From: Promethearchaeota archaeon
Lineage (GTDB): Archaea; Asgardarchaeota; Lokiarchaeia; Sigyniarchaeales; SOKP01
DNA length: 24,019 bases
Reading direction: 5' to 3'
Assembly (NCBI GenBank): GCA_048938895.1
Contig: JBHLLU010000059.1
Span: 1 to 24,019 of the forward strand
This document shows positions 1 through 8,755 of the stretch, piece after piece; positions within the stretch are counted from its first letter, which is position 1; every line of letters begins with the position of its first letter. The position numbers and the translations under genes were made by a program. The notes under the pieces were generated by a model. That model was not told the DNA's origin, searched no databases, and saw nothing but the letters and a program-made list of their open reading frames with translations.

Positions 1-783
1 TATGGTATCCTCTTTAGAGATATAAATATGAAAAGAACTCTTATTGACCAATACTTTTCAAGGATGATAAATGCTTATGCAGGAGTAATAATAAATACAG
101 GTGAAGATAATTATCTGACTACTGCAGATGCATTTGAGTCTGCTCATACAGTTCTTGCTTCTGAATTCATTAATGAACAATTTGCTTTCCTCGCTGGTCT
201 TAGAGAAGAGCAAATGGGATTAGGTCATGCTTTCGAAATGAATCCTGATATAAAAAATGGATTTTTATATGAACTTGCGCAAGCTCAAATGGCACGTGAA
301 ATTTTCCCAAGAGCCCCTTTGAAATACATGCCCCCTACAAAATATATGACTGGGAATATCTTTAAGGGACATGTTCAAGATACCTTATTCAATATTGTAA
401 CAATTATGACAAATCAAAGAATCCATTTACTTGGGATGCTCACAGAGGCAATCCATACTCCTTTCATGTCTGATAGAGCACTTTCTATAGAAAATGCTCG
501 ATATATTTTCAATAACATGGAGTCTATTAGTGAAGAAATCACGTTTAAGAAAGGTGGAATAATAGAATCTAGAGCTAATGAAGTATTAAATAAAGCATTC
601 AGTTTATTAAACGAAATTAGACAAGTAGGATTATTTAAAACTATTGAGGACGGAAAATTTGCAAATATAAAAAGATCAATAGACGGAGGAAAAGGATTAG
701 AAGGAGTGATTAAGAAAGCAGAAGATTATTATAATCCTTTCATAGATTTAATGTTAACTGAATTAAAGGAGGGAGGAATCTAA
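1..783 (+). CDS. kamD: Lysine 5,6-aminomutase alpha subunit, 5'-truncated by the window edge
   Basis: Frame is open from base 1 (YGILFRDINMKRTLIDQYFSR). Contains INTGEDNYLTTADA, GLGHAFE, KYMPPTK and GMLTEAIHTP segments typical of KamD. Immediately followed by kamE. Confidence 0.95.
   Translation, partial: YGILFRDINMKRTLIDQYFSRMINAYAGVIINTGEDNYLTTADAFESAHTVLASEFINEQFAFLAGLREEQMGLGHAFEMNPDIKNGFLYELAQAQMAREIFPRAPLKYMPPTKYMTGNIFKGHVQDTLFNIVTIMTNQRIHLLGMLTEAIHTPFMSDRALSIENARYIFNNMESISEEITFKKGGIIESRANEVLNKAFSLLNEIRQVGLFKTIEDGKFANIKRSIDGGKGLEGVIKKAEDYYNPFIDLMLTELKEGGI
766..776 (+). promoter_or_regulatory. Shine-Dalgarno-like site for kamE, inside the kamD 3' end
   Basis: AAGGAGGGAGG ends 8 nt before ATG 785; kamD stop (781-783) is 1 nt from that ATG, suggesting translational coupling. 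Confidence 0.65.
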
Positions 784-784
784 A

Positions 785-1576
785 ATGGGAGGGGGATTAT
801 ATTCAATGGATAAAAAAGATTTTAACCAGACTCTTGATCTTAAAAGGATCAAACCTTATGGTGATGCAATGAATGATGGGAAAGTTCAAGTTAGTTTTAC
901 CCTTCCTGTTAAAGATGGAGAAAAAGCTATAGAAGCAGCAAAGAAATTAGCTGAAAAAATGGGGTTGGAAAAGTCTGAAATTGTATTTCATGATAAATTG
1001 GATGCAGGGTTCACATTCATAATTTTATATGGAAATTTAAAGCATACAATTGATTTTACTCAAATTAAAGTTGAATCTGTAGAGGTAGAAACGATGACTA
1101 TAGAAGAAATCAACCAATTTATTAAAGAAAAGATAAAACGTAAAATTATTGTTATAGGCGCTTCAATTGGGTCAGATGCTCATACAGTCGGTATTGATGC
1201 CATAATGAATATGAAAGGTTTTGCAGGGCATTATGGTCTTGAGAGATATGAAATGATAGAATCTTATAATTTAGGAAGTCAAATCACCAATGAAGAGTAT
1301 GTTAAAAAAGCAATTGAAGTGAACGCAGATATTTTATTAGTTTCACAAACGGTAACTCAAAAAAATATACACTTAAAAACTCTCACTAATCTAGTAGATT
1401 TATTAGAAGCAGAAGGAATTCGAGATAAAGTAATTTTAATATGTGGGGGAGCGAGAATAAGCAATGAATTAGCAAAAGAGTTAGGTTACGATGCTGGTTT
1501 TGGACCTGGAACTTATGCTGATAAAGTAGCTATTTTTGCGATTAAGGAATTTGTTAGAAGAATAGAACAAACGTAG
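785..1576 (+). CDS. kamE: Lysine 5,6-aminomutase beta subunit (adenosylcobalamin/PLP-binding)
   Basis: KPYGDAMNDGKVQVSFTLP dimerisation region; B12-binding DxHxxG motif (DAHTVG) followed by IDAIMNMKG with the PLP lysine; GGARI...GYDAGFGPGT C-terminus. Confidence 0.96.
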   Translation: MGGGLYSMDKKDFNQTLDLKRIKPYGDAMNDGKVQVSFTLPVKDGEKAIEAAKKLAEKMGLEKSEIVFHDKLDAGFTFIILYGNLKHTIDFTQIKVESVEVETMTIEEINQFIKEKIKRKIIVIGASIGSDAHTVGIDAIMNMKGFAGHYGLERYEMIESYNLGSQITNEEYVKKAIEVNADILLVSQTVTQKNIHLKTLTNLVDLLEAEGIRDKVILICGGARISNELAKELGYDAGFGPGTYADKVAIFAIKEFVRRIEQT

Positions 1577-1638
1577 AAAAAATTTTTCCTAAAAAGAAAA
1601 AAAGATTTGATTTATTATTTTTTTTTATTTCTTGCTTC
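1577..1638. terminator. Probable bidirectional oligo-T terminator between convergent genes
   Basis: A-tracts (about 1591-1603) followed by T-tracts (about 1611-1630) between kamE and the convergent acylase gene; archaeal termination uses oligo-T. Confidence 0.5.
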
Positions 1639-4089
1639 CTAATATTCAAGATATATAACAGATTCATGTACCTTCCATATATCCCAGAAGTTATATCTCA
1701 TCGGTTTATACGTCCAAGTTTCATATAAGGGTAGTTGATCATATGCGTGAGGGCTGGGGTTACCCATATAGTTGACGAATCCACTTTGTCCCGGAGGAAT
1801 TACGTTGACGCTGTGTGGACCAGGTTTCGTCCATCGATTTCTTCCCCTTCTTTGGATCATCTCTGCAATTTGATTATAAGTACCACGGTTCATAGCATGC
1901 ATTTTGACTGTTGGTAAAGCGCCTTGCTGTGAAAACCATACTACATTCACATCTGTAAGCCATGTTGGAATCTCTGGTCCGTAAGTTGACTGTAGATATA
2001 ATAAAGCATCTTTAAGCACTCTATTAATAACATCATTTTTATCTTCACCATTTAGATAATCATAAGATAATGGTAATTTTGAATCTACACCATCGAATAC
2101 GTGGATTAATGTACTCAACCCCGCTCCCGTATGAGAAGGAAGATCATCGCTAAAGATTTCACTAAGAATTCCTTGATACCATTTATCAAAAATTGTAAGG
2201 CCTGGATCATCATATGTTGCTGATGCTTCAGGATAACTTGGATCTAATATATCATTATAATGAAGATTCCAGCTTTCTAAGTATGGTAAGGCTGCTTGAA
2301 TGTCAGGATCTGTAGACATACTTGCAGCACCAATAAGATCATCAATTAAACTCATCGCAGGGATATGGTTGTATCCTATATCCATGTTTATTCCATTCAT
2401 GTCTTCAAAAGAGATCTTATTATCAGCTGCTAATAAATCTTGTATCCTTTTAACACGATGTCCTTCTCCCCAATCAGCTTCTCCATAAGGCCAACCAGCT
2501 ATAGGTTTATTATTCCAGTTGGCAAGAAAGCCTTGCTTTGGATTAATACACTTAGGCATTTCATTATACCCAGTAAGTCCTACCCATTCTTCTTCGCCAG
2601 TACCCCATAATGGGAATCTATCATCAATAACTCGACCATCCTTTCCTGTTTCAGGTTTTATTGGAAAAGTACCAGCATGCCAATATCCTACATTACCATG
2701 TCGATCAGCCCAGAGGAAATTGTGAGAAGGTTGTACAGTTTTAACTGCTTTTTGCATATCCCAAATATTTCTTGCTTGTTGAAAGAGAGACCATCCTTCT
2801 TCTGCTGCTAATTCGTTCTTATAATAAGGAGCTTTCATTGTAAAAGCAAGATGATTGCCCTCATCGATGTACATTATAGGCCCATGAACAGTACGATAAA
2901 TATCAATTTCTCTCGTAGGTTCAATCGCAGAATAAAAGGTTTCAGTTCTAACCTCCATATCTACAAATTCACCATTATACCAATATTGAGTGTGATCATC
3001 AGGATTCAACTGTTCAATATACGTATCCATCACATCCGAGCCACCTGTTGTAGAGGTCCAGGCACCATCATTACTAACACCGATTAAAATTGAAGGTGCT
3101 TGAGGCATCATCATGCCAACAGCATCAATCCCAGCCCCATGTAATCCGATTTCAAGAACAATTTGAGGAATAGTATGACCCATTTGAGGGCCTCCTAGCT
3201 CCATTGCATTTCGTGTTGTTGTTTTCTTAGGATGAACAACCCATGCATTACTACCGAATTTAGTAGGAATTCCAAGAGATTCTAATAGCTGAGTCTGCCC
3301 CATTTGTACTTGTTGGTATTGTTGATATAATGCTCCCAAATTTCCAGGTAATCCCATCATTGGACTGGAACTTTTACAATTAGAAAATTTACAAGCCGTA
3401 CCAGGAATCGTCACCTCAGCTCCAGGATCTTCTTGAGGATAGAGATCATTAAACATTAACCACCCTGTACTTTCCCCATGTTCTGATTGTAATGCTTGTA
3501 AAGCTGAAGCGTAAGAGAGTTCATTTCCACCTGTTCCTCCAAATCTCCATGCCATCATTACTGTGATCGCAACACTATCTTCAATGGAAAATGGTACTAT
3601 AGGAAAACCATATGCTAAGTATTCTGCTGGAACCAAAGATGGATCTCCAGTTGAAAGAGCAGTTAATGCTTCAGTTATATATTGATTAATACCATCAATA
3701 TATGCTAGGTTCATTTCTTTCAACTTTGCATGAGGATTAATTGGTTCCCATTTATCGAAGATCTCTTTTAACTCCTCTCTACTATAGCCCAATTTCCTCG
3801 TTTCATAATCTTGATCAATTGACGCTAAGCCAAATTCAGCAAGATTTCCGAAAGCACTCCGTCTATAGAGATCTGCTTGCCAGAGCCTATCCTGTGCCAT
3901 AGCATATCCTGCTCCAAAAGCTAGACCTTCTTTTGTTTTAGCAAAAACGTGTGGAACTCCGTAATCGTCCCTGATTATAGTAATTCGCCTTTTTTGAAAG
4001 CCAAACCTACAACCCATTGTAGGAGGTATCATAAATGTAAGCATCAATACAGATATTAGTAAAATCCATAATTTTTTTCTCATTTTCAC
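1639..4089 (-). CDS. Penicillin acylase family (peptidase S45, Ntn-hydrolase), probably secreted or membrane-anchored
   Basis: IIRDDYGVPHV, GYAMAQDRLWQ, autoprocessing site G-SNAWVV (Ser codon 3250-3252), YRTVHGP, WNNKP, NRGT, PPGQSG. Basic then hydrophobic N-terminal signal. Start may be GTG 4089 or ATG 4083. Confidence 0.92.
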   Translation of the reverse strand: MKMRKKLWILLISVLMLTFMIPPTMGCRFGFQKRRITIIRDDYGVPHVFAKTKEGLAFGAGYAMAQDRLWQADLYRRSAFGNLAEFGLASIDQDYETRKLGYSREELKEIFDKWEPINPHAKLKEMNLAYIDGINQYITEALTALSTGDPSLVPAEYLAYGFPIVPFSIEDSVAITVMMAWRFGGTGGNELSYASALQALQSEHGESTGWLMFNDLYPQEDPGAEVTIPGTACKFSNCKSSSPMMGLPGNLGALYQQYQQVQMGQTQLLESLGIPTKFGSNAWVVHPKKTTTRNAMELGGPQMGHTIPQIVLEIGLHGAGIDAVGMMMPQAPSILIGVSNDGAWTSTTGGSDVMDTYIEQLNPDDHTQYWYNGEFVDMEVRTETFYSAIEPTREIDIYRTVHGPIMYIDEGNHLAFTMKAPYYKNELAAEEGWSLFQQARNIWDMQKAVKTVQPSHNFLWADRHGNVGYWHAGTFPIKPETGKDGRVIDDRFPLWGTGEEEWVGLTGYNEMPKCINPKQGFLANWNNKPIAGWPYGEADWGEGHRVKRIQDLLAADNKISFEDMNGINMDIGYNHIPAMSLIDDLIGAASMSTDPDIQAALPYLESWNLHYNDILDPSYPEASATYDDPGLTIFDKWYQGILSEIFSDDLPSHTGAGLSTLIHVFDGVDSKLPLSYDYLNGEDKNDVINRVLKDALLYLQSTYGPEIPTWLTDVNVVWFSQQGALPTVKMHAMNRGTYNQIAEMIQRRGRNRWTKPGPHSVNVIPPGQSGFVNYMGNPSPHAYDQLPLYETWTYKPMRYNFWDIWKVHESVIYLEY

Positions 4090-4149
4090 TCACTTTTTTT
4101 GGATTAATATTTTTAGAAAAATTTAGTAAAGTAACTTTTCTTCCATTGG

Positions 4150-4157
4150 TATATAAA
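4150..4157 (-). promoter_or_regulatory. Candidate archaeal TATA box for the acylase gene
   Basis: TTTATATA on the minus strand about 60 nt upstream of the start, preceded by an A-rich stretch. The background is very AT-rich, so support is weak. Confidence 0.35.
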
Positions 4158-4350
4158 TGTTGTTTTTTCATTAATTAAATGGGAAATATTATTAATTTCC
4201 ATCAATTTCTTTAATAAAATTTTAAGATTGGGAATAAATAGTTGATAAAATCTAATTCTTTCTATTTTCAAATAAATAAGAAAAAAGTTTAATGAAACAC
4301 TTCATTTCAATTCTTTATTACCAATTAAGATTAAATAAACATGTAGAAAT

Positions 4351-5610
4351 ATGCCAAGTTCAAAAGAATTTATTGATATGGATAATGAATATTGTGCTCA
4401 TAATTACCACCCAATTCCTGCTGTAATTTCAAGGGCAGAAGGAGTGTGGGTATATGATCCAGAAGGTAATAAGTATTTAGATTGTTTATCTGCTTATTCT
4501 AGTCAAAATATAGGTCATTGTCATCCTGAAATTATAGCCGCGCTGAAAGAACAAGCAGATACCGTTACATTAACATCTAGAGCATTTCACAATGATAAAA
4601 TGGGACCATTTTTGAAGATGTTAGCTGAAGTTGTTGGACCACATATTTATGACCCTAATAAAGCAGGTATTATGAGTATTCCAATGAATACGGGGACTGA
4701 AGCAGTATCTACTGGTTTAAAAGTAGCTAGAGCATGGGGATATATCAAAAAGAAAATTCCTAAAAATGAAGCAATCATAATTGTATGTCGCAATAATTTT
4801 CATGGAAGAACAATTACTATTTCAGGTTTTAGCTCCAATATTTCCGCTGTTCGGTATTATGGTAATTTTGGACCATATACACCTGGATTTATAATTATCT
4901 CTTATGGCGATGCTAAAGAACTTGAAAATGTTATTTTAGAGAAAGGTCCTGAAAAAGTTGCAGCATTTTTATTTGAACCCATTCAGGGAGAGGCTGGAGT
5001 GAATGTCCCTCCAGAAGGGTATTTGACAAAGGTAAGAGAAATTTGTACAAAATACAATATTCTCATGGTTTTAGATGAGATTCAAACTGGCTTCTGTAGA
5101 ACAGGTAAACTTTTTGCTTGTGAACATGAAGATGTGAAACCAGATGTACTATTGTTAGGGAAAGCTCTTGGAGGTGGGATTTATCCTGTATCCGCTGTTG
5201 TAACAACAAAAGATATTGTAGGACCTGAAGTGATCAAACCAGGAACACATGGAAGTACTTTTGGAGGAAACCCATTGGCATCAGCAGTCGCTATGAAATC
5301 TATTGAAATTCATTTAAGGGAAAATCTTGCTGAACGAGCGCAAGAAATGGGTGCTTATTTTGTAAAAAGACTAAAAGAAATAGCTGAGAAGCGAACAAAG
5401 ATACCAATTAAAGAAGTAAGGGGAAAGGGTTTACTTATTGCTGTCGAGTTTTCTGAAGATGCCAGACAGATTGTTGAAGATTTAAAGAATAATGGTATAT
5501 TAGCGAAAGATACCCATTCCACATCTATTAGATTTGCTCCTCCTTTGGTTATTACAAGAGAAGAAATTGATTGGGCGATTGAAGTAATCGAGAAAGTATT
5601 AATAGTCTGA
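4351..5610 (+). CDS. rocD: Ornithine--oxo-acid aminotransferase (class III PLP)
   Basis: AHNYHPIP, DCLSAYS, GHCHP, LTSRAF, NFHGRT, EPIQGEAG, DEIQTG, GKALGGG (PLP Lys), HGSTFGGNPL, IRFAPPL. Confidence 0.92.
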   Translation: MPSSKEFIDMDNEYCAHNYHPIPAVISRAEGVWVYDPEGNKYLDCLSAYSSQNIGHCHPEIIAALKEQADTVTLTSRAFHNDKMGPFLKMLAEVVGPHIYDPNKAGIMSIPMNTGTEAVSTGLKVARAWGYIKKKIPKNEAIIIVCRNNFHGRTITISGFSSNISAVRYYGNFGPYTPGFIIISYGDAKELENVILEKGPEKVAAFLFEPIQGEAGVNVPPEGYLTKVREICTKYNILMVLDEIQTGFCRTGKLFACEHEDVKPDVLLLGKALGGGIYPVSAVVTTKDIVGPEVIKPGTHGSTFGGNPLASAVAMKSIEIHLRENLAERAQEMGAYFVKRLKEIAEKRTKIPIKEVRGKGLLIAVEFSEDARQIVEDLKNNGILAKDTHSTSIRFAPPLVITREEIDWAIEVIEKVLIV

Positions 5611-5690
5611 ATTTCTCCGTTCTTTTAAAAAGAGGAATTGTTTTAGGGTCGAAGAAAAAATGTAAAGAATAAAAGGGAGCACGCAATGGA

Positions 5691-6071
5691 TTAAATCTTT
5701 CCATTAAATTTGCTTATATTATTACTAAGAAATGTTAGTACCTCAATTGGATCGGCTCCTTGCATAGCGTATGAAACAAGTGTACCTCCCTGAAAAAAAG
5801 CAAATATCACATGTCCCATACCGAGATCATTAGTTGTGATAATTCCTTTAGCATTAGATTCTTTTACTAAAAATTCTGCATCATTTAGTATGAATAGGTG
5901 CTCTCCATTGATGACTTTTAATATTCCTTCCATACTTGAGTTAAGATCCCAATTTTCTGTTTGATAAATCAACTCACCCTCTTTTGAGATTAATGCAAAA
6001 CTTGCGATTTTAGTATTAGCCTCGAAAGCAGCGATTCCTAAATCATCAATAAGGTTTTTTACTTCATCCAT
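5691..6071 (-). CDS. Asgard-type profilin-like protein (divergent)
   Basis: 126 aa; ALISKEGELIYQTENWD, TNDLGMGHVI and GGTLVSY...P match the remembered Lokiarchaeal profilin pattern (AIIGKDGQIITQTENW; TNITGKGHV; GALITY...P). Confidence 0.75.
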   Translation of the reverse strand: MDEVKNLIDDLGIAAFEANTKIASFALISKEGELIYQTENWDLNSSMEGILKVINGEHLFILNDAEFLVKESNAKGIITTNDLGMGHVIFAFFQGGTLVSYAMQGADPIEVLTFLSNNISKFNGKI

Positions 6072-6099
6072 TGCAATCTTTTATACCCTCTTTTATTTG

Positions 6100-7011
6100 C
6101 TAATCTAGGTATATATGTGTTCCTGCTCTTTCTTCTAAAGCATCAATAATTTTATCAATAGAGGTTATAATTGCTCTTTCTCCGCCAGATTCTAAAAAAT
6201 TAATTACTGCTTGAATTTTAGGTCCCATACTTCCTGCTGGAAATTGACCTTCGTCTAAATATTTTTTTGCCTCAGAAACAGATAATTTATCTAATTCTAT
6301 CTGGGACGGAGTTCCATAATTTAAAGAAACTTTTTCTACATCAGTCGCGATTAATAAAATGTCTGCATCTATTTGTTCTGCTAATTTTGCACTGGCGAGA
6401 TCTTTGTCAATGACAGCTTCAACACCGTAGAGCTTTTTCTTTTCTTTTATTACGGGAATCCCTCCCCCTCCACATGCAATAATTATCCAACTGCCTAATT
6501 CCATCAGTTTTTTAATTTCCCGCCATTGGTAAATTTTGATAGGTTTGGGTGAAGGTACCACTCGACGATAACCTTTAGCGGTTTTGACATAGCCAGGTTT
6601 GGGAATATCATACGCAGGTCCAATGGGTTTAGTTGGGTTTAAAAATGCTGGATCTTCAGCATCAACTTTTACATATGTAAGTACCGTAAGAAAAAGTTTT
6701 TCTTCATCTAATCCTAAATTCATTAATTCTTCATCAAGGGTAGATTCAATCATAAAACCAATCTGACCTTGAGTTTCGGCTACTAATATTTGTAAGGGTC
6801 TTTTTGAAACAGCTTGAGTTGCTTCCTGTTGTAGTAATAGGTTACCTACTTGCGGTCCATTACCGTGTGTTATTATAATATTGTAATTTTTAGCCAATTG
6901 TGCAATCTGGCTGATAGGTATTTTTAGATTTCTGAATTGTTCTTTAGTTGTCCCTTCATCTCCAAATTTTATAAGAGCATTTCCTCCCAATGCGACTATA
7001 AGCGTTTTCAA
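6100..7011 (-). CDS. arcC: Carbamate kinase
   Basis: VALGGNAL, THGNGPQVG, NPTKPIGP, YRRVVPSP, GGGGIPV, EAVIDKD, GSMGPK. Confidence 0.97.
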   Translation of the reverse strand: MKTLIVALGGNALIKFGDEGTTKEQFRNLKIPISQIAQLAKNYNIIITHGNGPQVGNLLLQQEATQAVSKRPLQILVAETQGQIGFMIESTLDEELMNLGLDEEKLFLTVLTYVKVDAEDPAFLNPTKPIGPAYDIPKPGYVKTAKGYRRVVPSPKPIKIYQWREIKKLMELGSWIIIACGGGGIPVIKEKKKLYGVEAVIDKDLASAKLAEQIDADILLIATDVEKVSLNYGTPSQIELDKLSVSEAKKYLDEGQFPAGSMGPKIQAVINFLESGGERAIITSIDKIIDALEERAGTHIYLD

Positions 7012-7286
7012 TTAATAAACCTCTAGGTAAAATTACATAAAAGTAAATGAAAAATAGATAATATTAAACCTATTATTTAAAATTTATGAAGGGTTTAACG
7101 TATGTTTTCAATTATTTTTAATGTTATTCATTAAGTATCTAAAATACAGAAGAATGCTTTTAACTATTCCTAAACTTGAATGCAGAATGTTCTTATCACG
7201 TAATTTAACACGAAATTCAACCAAACAAAAAGCTAAAGGATAAAGGATAAATATTAAAATAGTTTAAAATCACTTTAATTGCTTGT

Positions 7287-7745
7287 ATGTTTAAATCTCA
7301 TAATTTGGTAGAATCTAAGATGAAAAAGTATAATAAAGGAAGATTATTGATAACTTTGGCAACTCTAGTAATAATTATATCATCATTATATTATATAGTA
7401 TGGAGTCGAAATATCTATCTCAATGGACCTCTCAATCCTGATGATTACCATCAATTACAAGGTTGGTTCTGGCTTTTTACAATTTTCAGTGGTTTTAATA
7501 TCTTTTTATTGTTGTATTGCAAATATAAAAAGATACACCTGAGTCTTAGTGGTTATTATATGTTTTCTCCATTTATTTTAGTTATTTTAACAAGTTTTTC
7601 AATGTTGAATGTATTTACATTTAATAACTCATTAGAATATATAAATGAGCCCTTGTGGATTGAAACATACTTCAGCTTTCTGATAATCTTCGAAATAATA
7701 TTTTTCATTGGTGTATTCATAATAAATAAATATAAAAATTTATAG
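7287..7745 (+). CDS. Hypothetical membrane protein (about 4 TM helices)
   Basis: Four hydrophobic segments; fills the gap between minus-strand genes. True start may be the second Met (MKKYN). Confidence 0.65.
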   Translation: MFKSHNLVESKMKKYNKGRLLITLATLVIIISSLYYIVWSRNIYLNGPLNPDDYHQLQGWFWLFTIFSGFNIFLLLYCKYKKIHLSLSGYYMFSPFILVILTSFSMLNVFTFNNSLEYINEPLWIETYFSFLIIFEIIFFIGVFIINKYKNL

Positions 7746-7782
7746 TGTTATGAGGACTTTTTATTATTTTCAATGATTCTGA

Positions 7783-8700
7783 TTAGACAACAGAATCTGG
7801 CAGTTTCTTAAAGGTACCAGATACTTTCTCAGGCCATCCAGGATTTATTTTCATAAGTGCCGCAAGATGAAACACAGCCCAAGATCCACATAGATCGCAA
7901 TTTACATCATTCCCATAACAACAAAATGGCATTTCAAATCCCTTTTCTCCCAGATATAATGGTACCATAAAATTTTTAACAGCACAATTATTCGTAATGG
8001 CTAAAGCGTTGTGAGATAACATAAGCTCCAAAACCATTGAATTATTAAGAATAAAGTCTGGATAATTCTTTTTAAGCTCTATGACCCTCTTTATTGCTAA
8101 ATCTCGTTCCTCTAAAGATATCCAACTTAAACCTGTGTTGTCTATTTTTTTTGGTACATAAAATGTAAATACCACACCCCTAAGAATCGTATTCTTACGT
8201 AAAGAATTAATAAACTCTTCAAGATAATCCTGATTTTTTTTGGTTACGACACAGTTGCACTGAAGATCTCCACTAAAATTTTCTGGTAAATTATTCAAAT
8301 TTTTGATAACTCTCTTATAGCTTCCCTTTCCTCTTATTTCATCGTTAAGACCTTCTGGACCATCCAAGGATATCACCCACGTTATGGTTGGTCCTAAATC
8401 TATTAGAGGCAATGTCCCATTAGTTGTAATCGTATTTTGAGGAAATAATTTTATTCCTTGTTGCAGTATATCTCTTCTTAGAAGTGGTTCGCCACCCATC
8501 CAAATCATTCGAACTATTCCAAATTTTTTTCTGTACCTCTTTAATTCTTTTATCATTTGTTCTACAGACATTTCATTCTCTTTAGTAGGGGTATTTGGTG
8601 TTCCCTCGCGGTAAACAAAACAATGTTTACATTTTAAAGTACACCTGTTTGTTATATTGACCATTGCAATAGGACGTAATTCTTTTCTCAAGACTATCAC
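7783..8700 (-). CDS. Radical SAM protein with a Cys-rich C-terminal auxiliary domain
   Basis: CxxxCxxC (CTLKCKHC), GGEPLL, TTNGT, ISLDG, IRGKG; C-terminal C...CCYGNDVNCDLCG. GTG start. Confidence 0.9.
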   Translation of the reverse strand: MIVLRKELRPIAMVNITNRCTLKCKHCFVYREGTPNTPTKENEMSVEQMIKELKRYRKKFGIVRMIWMGGEPLLRRDILQQGIKLFPQNTITTNGTLPLIDLGPTITWVISLDGPEGLNDEIRGKGSYKRVIKNLNNLPENFSGDLQCNCVVTKKNQDYLEEFINSLRKNTILRGVVFTFYVPKKIDNTGLSWISLEERDLAIKRVIELKKNYPDFILNNSMVLELMLSHNALAITNNCAVKNFMVPLYLGEKGFEMPFCCYGNDVNCDLCGSWAVFHLAALMKINPGWPEKVSGTFKKLPDSVV

Positions 8701-8755
8701 ATAATCTTAAATCAAAATATCCAACATAAATTGAGCATGAATGATATTAAAGCTT

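Noticed and set aside
1-1576. D-ornithine 4,5-aminomutase (OraSE), suggested by the ornithine context
   Set aside because: OraE fuses the TIM barrel and B12 domain in one chain; here they are split into alpha and beta genes as in KamDE.
1735-3087. Four short plus-strand ORFs (1735-1917, 2300-2488, 2519-2725, 2851-3087)
   Set aside because: Antisense shadows of the well-supported acylase gene, with no motifs.
7012-7286. Short repeat AAAGGATAAAGGATAAA in the arcC upstream region
   Set aside because: Two-copy low-complexity repeat; not a CRISPR array or a convincing operator.
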